From positions 82,152,001 to 82,216,000 of the forward strand of contig NC_058368.1 of assembly GCF_018350175.1 (NCBI RefSeq): DNA of 64,000 bases. The letters run 5' to 3'. The DNA is from Felis catus (lineage: Eukaryota). Positions 58,376 to 64,000 of the stretch are shown here, one piece after another (position 1 is the stretch's first letter; the number at the start of each line of letters is the position of its first letter). The notes under the pieces are model-generated. The model made no database searches. It was not told the DNA's origin and worked only from the letters and a program-made list of their open reading frames with translations. Made by a program: the position numbers and the translations under genes.

Positions 58376-59167
58376 GTGGGTCGCCTGGCTGGCTGGCTCA
58401 GTAGGGGGAAGCATGTGACTCTCTGATCTCAGGGTCGTGAGTTTCACCCCCATGTTGGGTATGGAGATTACTTAAAAAAAAAAAAAATCTTGGGGCTCCT
58501 GGATGGCTGTTGGTTGAGAGTCTGACTTCGGCTTGGGTCATGATCTCATGGTTTGTGAGTTCAGGCCCCACACCCATTGGGCTCGCTGCTGTCAGCACAG
58601 AGCCTGCTTCAGATCCTCTCTCCCTCTCCCACTCTCTCTCTGTGACCCTTCCCCGCTCTCTCTCCCAAAAATAAATAAACATTAAAAATAGATAAATATT
58701 CTTTAATTAAAAAAAATACTGCATTGGCAAAGTGTTTACAATATTATGAGTTTTGGGGGAGACTGGGTGGCTCAGTCAATTGAGTATCCGACTCTTGATT
58801 TCAGTTCAGGTCATGGTCCTGTGGTAGGGTCCCCTCCCTAAGAAATGTGGTGAGAAAAAAGCCCTCAAGGTAAGGGAAGGCAACCTGGCCATGTGCATAC
58901 ATGACATCCCTAACGACCCTGTAACATGAGAGCACCCAATCAGACTGTATGTCTATACGTTACCCGTATTTGGGAGACAAGGAAGTAGAAAATGCATAAA
59001 AGGCTACATGGGTACAAGCCCAACTGAGCGGTCCCGGCAGGAATAAAGTTGCTTCCTGGAAAGAAAAGCCTTGGTGTCATGACTCTGCGAGACCCCTGCT
59101 ACAATCCCAGGGTCATGGGATTGAGCCTCACATCTGGCTCTGCACTGAGCACAGGGCCTGCTTAAGA

Positions 59168-59199
<32 letters not shown>

Positions 59200-59240
59200 T
59201 CGCCTGTCCCTCTCCCCGTTCGTGCTCTCTCTCTAAAAAA
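58376..59240 (+). mobile_element. Can-SINE cluster (three copies, the last split by an LTR)
   Basis: Heads at about 58376, 58490 and 58755; A-rich tails. Confidence 0.85.
58820..59103 (+). mobile_element. Solo LTR (284 bp) inserted into a Can-SINE
   Basis: TG...CA ends with imperfect inverted repeat TGTGGTAGGG/CCCTGCTACA, AATAAA at about 59042, near-4-bp TSD gtcc/atcc, SINE resumes on the far side. Confidence 0.8.
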
Positions 59241-61222
59241 AAATTTTTTTTAAATATTACATATTTTTATCTCAATCCTGCCAAAGCAATAGAGAAACTC
59301 TTGTTTTTTTTAAGGTGATTTTGTTTGCTATAATTTTAATGCTACTATACAGTATTTAGTTTTCAAAATCGTTTAGTTCATGCATCCACATTTAACAGCT
59401 TAGAAATTCAGGCTTCCCTCTGTCCCTATTTCTGGTTTAGAAATGAAATTAAGGAACTTAGCATTTCTTCATCAGGAAATCTAATAAAATCTACTAGAAA
59501 AATCTCAGTAAGACCTCACCAAACCAGGTCTAGTAATTTCCAACAAAGTGCGTGTATACTAAGATGCCATCACAACGTGTGTGTTAATTCTGTTGGTTTA
59601 GGAGGCACAACTAGAAAATTTGTAGCCTCTTTGCTCCAATGAAGATTAAGCATGATAAAATTCTTCCATGACACAAAATCCAACTTTGGTCACTTCAGTA
59701 CTATATACTATATTTTCATAGACATCTTGTTATTGAAACGAAATGAAAATTTGAAAAAAAGAAAAGAAAACAAGTACATAAAATAAAACGAATGCCGTAA
59801 TCAAACAAGCGGAGGCCCAGGCTTCCTCCCGGGCTTGCTCTCCCATATTAATGAGGGAGCAGCTGTCCCGAGGGCTCCTGGTTCTCACCCCCCTCCTGTC
59901 AACGCTCCCAGTGCTATACAGATCCCCAGGGTGAGAGCACAGTGGGCCTGCACTGCCCTCACCTACAGGAACACTGACTATTTTAAAGTCACTCTGCAAG
60001 GACTCACTCATATGTATACATTAGTCCTAACAAGGTTGTGTCTGTCAGGGCCTTGGAACAGCACGTCTCTGCAGAGCCCACAGGGATCCCACAACGTGTC
60101 TACTTGAAAGGCCCAGAACTGCACGAGTAAAGGACGTGAGGGTTAGGTCTCCACTACAGAACGACCCTCACAGGGAGGAACTCTCTCACAGGTGGCTGGA
60201 CATGTCTGAACACCTCCAGCCACCTGCACGGTGTGTGACCTCCGAGACAGGCCCCATGACAACCTCAGCCAGAGTAACTTGGAGCGCATTACAGCTTATT
60301 CAAAATGATGACTTTTCACTTTCAAAACCACTGTTTGTTTTCCAAATACAAACCTGGTTTTTCTACTACAGAGTATGTTTCTGTGCCATGATTAAAAAAA
60401 AAATGCAGTTTTAAATCTGTTTTCAGATCTAAATAGATTAAAATACACATACAGTATTTTCAAAAGTGAAACATGAAAATAATACGTCAACAAGAATTTA
60501 AAGCCAAGCGAGTTATTCTGTTTAGGTTAATACTTGGTTAAATGAGTGTTTTGTGGTTTTTTTTTTTTTTTTTTTTTTTTTAGGTTTTGGAAATACAAGA
60601 TTAGCCTTAGAAACTGCTAGAAAGGAAAAGTAAGTCAACTCTTGACTAGTGGCTGCCTCTGTGATGACAGCACATACCTGACACCCGATATGAAATCTGA
60701 AAGGCTGCTGAAATCTGAGCCGTCTGGATGTGTACAGACCTGTCACCAGACTTGGGCAGCGTGACCGAATCCACACAGGGAGAGTGCCGCTCTAAGCACT
60801 GGTGTTCCTAACAAACCACCATCCCCAACCTGTAACACAAAAGTCTCTTCACCAGGAGTGGCCCCTGAAGCCGCCCCAACGGCCAGGTGGCTCCAGGACC
60901 ACCGCACAGCCACGCTGTGCGAGCACAAGAGGACGTGTACCCACAGATCCGACTTTCTTCTAGGAGCTGGTCCTGTTCTTCAATAGCCCTCTCGCCACCA
61001 GGGTGCCAGCTTACCCGGCAGCGCTGGGGGGAAACCGGGGTCACAGCCCGGCCCGCCACCCCCCACCCCGGCCCGGGTCAGCTACCGGGTGAGGTTCCCC
61101 GGAAGCGCAGGGGCCTCTGCGGCTCAGCATCAGCAGCTCAGGAGGCAGAAGGGTCCCGGGCGCCCCAGAGACAGAGGCGGGCTGCCCGCGGCCGCTCTTA
61201 CCTCTATGCTTGTCGCTCTTAC

Positions 61223-61277
61223 CTCTGTACCTGTCGTACAGCTGCTCCAGCCTCCTCCTGTCCACTGTGCTTCTCAT
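61223..61277 (-). CDS. DCUN1D2: DCUN1D2 exon 2, intact 3' part (MRSTVDRRRLEQLYDRYR)
   Basis: Resembles the DCNL2 segment before the PONY domain (human MRNAVDKKKLERLYGRYK, recalled); GAG|GTAAG donor in phase with exon 3. Confidence 0.85.
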
Positions 61278-61434
61278 GGGGCCCGCGGCAGGAGCGACGG
61301 CGCGCGGGGAGTCGGCGTGGTCACCTCTGGCGTCTACCTGGCCCGTGCTCCGCAGCACATGGCACCACTCCGGCCAGCCTGACAAAATGCCACAGGCTCA
61401 GGACCTTGTCCCTCGGAGACGGCTTACGTGTACG
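61278..61434 (-). pseudogene. DCUN1D2: Degenerate 5' part of DCUN1D2 exon 2 (UBA-like domain remnant)
   Basis: RTRKPSPRDKV and QAGRSGAMCC resemble DCNL2 HKLKSSQKDKV and QAGERTAIYC but lie in different frames; all three frames contain a stop. Confidence 0.7.
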
Positions 61435-63074
61435 CTCTGGGACGTGAGAGCACGAGGAAGGCCAGGCGGCTGGGACGCGGCTCCGCTTCAGTTTCCCACC
61501 GCCACTGCCGGTATTTGCACTGGACCTCGTGCTTCCTCGCTGGCTCCCCTTCTTCGCGGGGCCCCGGGCCACAGCATCACATGGCTCCGTAGTCAGGAAG
61601 ACCGCCCCGTCCTCTGAAAACCGGGATGACGGCATCTATCTGGTGATAAACATGCCAACGACTGTGAGAATCAAGCTTTTACACAAAATACGCTGTAATC
61701 TCTAACCACTTCAATTTGCATAAAACCCTTTATTCCCTGTCCCCTTTCCCCACCCCCCTCACCCCCAACCCCACCCCCCAGTCTCAGGAAAATCCCTCTT
61801 TTACACACTGTAGCTCTCTGATGCAGTGAGGCTGGGTGTCTGACCCCAGGCATGACCACATCACCACGGCCTATGGCGGGGGAGGGGGGTGGTTCTCTTT
61901 AGTCCCAGTTAAGTTCAGGATCTAATGAGGGCTGTACAGTTTGGAAACATCATTTAGATTTTTCCCAGTTTAAAATCAGCAGAGTCACACTGATGAAAAC
62001 ATATACAGGTAACTAAGAATAGTGTTAAGCATAACTTACTAAAGTTCCAAAAGCAGCCACAAAAAGCCCGTTATGACTAAATGAATCACAAACAGATCTG
62101 TGTACCTGAGCCAGAAATTAAAAATGGGAACACAGTGCAGAGGCTGGGGCAGGCAGAAAATAGCAAACCAGCCAGTAACCACGCTATATATAGTATGTAA
62201 GGAAACAAAATAGCATTCTAGCGCTTCCAGGCAGGGGTCGGCTAAATTTCTACTTATCTAAGGTAACCTGATGAAGAGGGCACCAGAAATGAAAGTGAAT
62301 CACCACCTTCAGTGAATCACCACTTTCTGTAAATCAACACAGACTCTACAATCTACTGGATGCTAATGCTTTACACAAATGCTTTACAAAATAACAGAAG
62401 GGGAAGTTTCACGTAAAAGGAGGGATTCTTGATCTTGTGCTAAAAAGGATGAGACAGTTTATAAAAACACACAGAATAAGTTCTACCTTCCGGAAACCTG
62501 TAGTGGAATACAACATGGAGCCAGGGAAACTGAGGAGGAAAAAAGGAGAGTCAGGGATGAGATTCAGACATGCGCACCAGACACAAGAGCTGGAAGCGGG
62601 CTGAAATTCGGTTCAGCCTCCCGGCCGCCAAACCACAAAAGAAAACAGGATTAGTTAGGAAATCTGTTTTCGTAAGATTTAAAAACCTACCAGTGGCCCA
62701 GCAGTGGCCTGGCTCCTCCTGGCACGGAACCGCGAAAGAGCAGCCTCTGTGCGGCTCACAAAAGGGTAACTGCAGCGTGTGTCCTCTGTCCCAGACCGAC
62801 TCCTCCCCCCAACGCCAAGGGTAAACAGCAGCACGGTGGCCAGAGCTGCTTAGCTTCCTCCGGCCTCCCTCACAGCGTGCTGAAGCCAAAACAGCAGAGC
62901 GCAGTTCAGCAGAATGACGGCTCCAACACATGGCTCTCCAGGTACAGTCTGGACACCCCAGGCTCCCGAGACTGCACAAGGGTTCCACCAAGGACAAAAC
63001 TACCTTCGCAACAACCCCAAGTCATTATCTGCTTCTCTCACTCTCACTGGGGTGAAGCAGAGGCCACATGACTT

Positions 63075-63157
63075 GCTGATGTGGGGTTCAAACTCATGAA
63101 CCATCATGACCTGGGCCAAAGTCGGACGCTCAACCGACTGAACCACCCAGGCACCCC
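63075..63157 (-). mobile_element. Partial Can-SINE
   Basis: catgacctgggccaaagtcggacgctcaaccgactgaaccacccaggcacccc. Confidence 0.75.
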
Positions 63158-64000
63158 AATTTTTTAAAGCGCATAGGGGACTAGAACTAATTAAGTCTGA
63201 GAACTGCTGATCTAGTGTAACATGGGGCACTGGCCTTTTGGCTACTTAGAACAATGACTGTTGATGATTTGGGGTCTTGGGTCCCTTCTGGAATCTGGTG
63301 AAAATCACAGATCGTCTCTCCAGTAAAGCATGTGGTTTTGCATAAAATTTTGGGGTTTTCACACATCATTGGAGCCCATTAGTTCCTCAGAGGGTAAGGG
63401 AAGGTGAAACTCAGGTTACAAGGCCCAGGGAGCTACATCAGGGGTCACTGGTCTCTGTTGCAGCTACTCAGCTCTACAGTGTGGATGATGGACATGCTCT
63501 GCACCAATAAAACTTTACTGACACACAGGCAATGTGCCTGTGGGCTGTGGCTTCCAGTCCCAATCTAGATTCTAGGGGAATATACAGAATGTATACCCTG
63601 TATGCTATTTCCTGAAATTGAGCCACTTAAAAAACTAGACAAAGAGCCTGGGGTTATATCTTCTGGTTAAGATAAAATTTAGCTAAATTAGGGCAGCCCC
63701 CATATGCTTTGACAGTGAGCTGACAAAAGGTAAAACATCTTTTTTGAAGGTGATGGGCTCCCCAGGGGAGGGTGGACAAAGCCAAGGGTTCCCTCAGAAA
63801 CTAAACTGGAGACAGATGTCTGTCCCCCACCTGGCGCATCACTAGAAATGCTCGTGACATCTGTATCATGTAAATCGCCACCAGTGCAACATTTTAAAAT
63901 TGTCATGGTTGTAAAATAAAATAAAATAACATACAACGAACTCTGACCATGCTACGACAGGGATGAACCTCGGAAACATCACACCAAGTAAAATAAGTCA

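Overview
GC-rich mammalian genomic DNA, most likely a felid given its SINEC_Fc-type Can-SINEs. It holds two minus-strand genes in tail-to-head order. (1) ADPRHL1 (ARH2, the cardiac pseudo-ADP-ribosylhydrolase) is complete: seven exons (34371->16946) splice to a 354-aa protein. A donor embedded in the last codon and stop joins in frame to a 4456-nt coding exon (8367->3912), giving a predicted 1838-aa isoform. (2) DCUN1D2 is present from exon 2 to its 3' end (about 61434->36273). Exons 3-7 are intact, but the UBA-coding 5' part of exon 2 looks frameshifted and decayed, predicting a 204-aa PONY-only protein; intron 4 holds a candidate poison exon. Other notable items: a composite inverted templated insertion upstream of ADPRHL1, a tailless U6 retrocopy, a solo LTR inside a SINE, nested SINEs and several minisatellites. 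Most ORFs in the supplied track are artefacts of high GC content or repeats. Comparisons with human or other proteins are from memory and need database confirmation.
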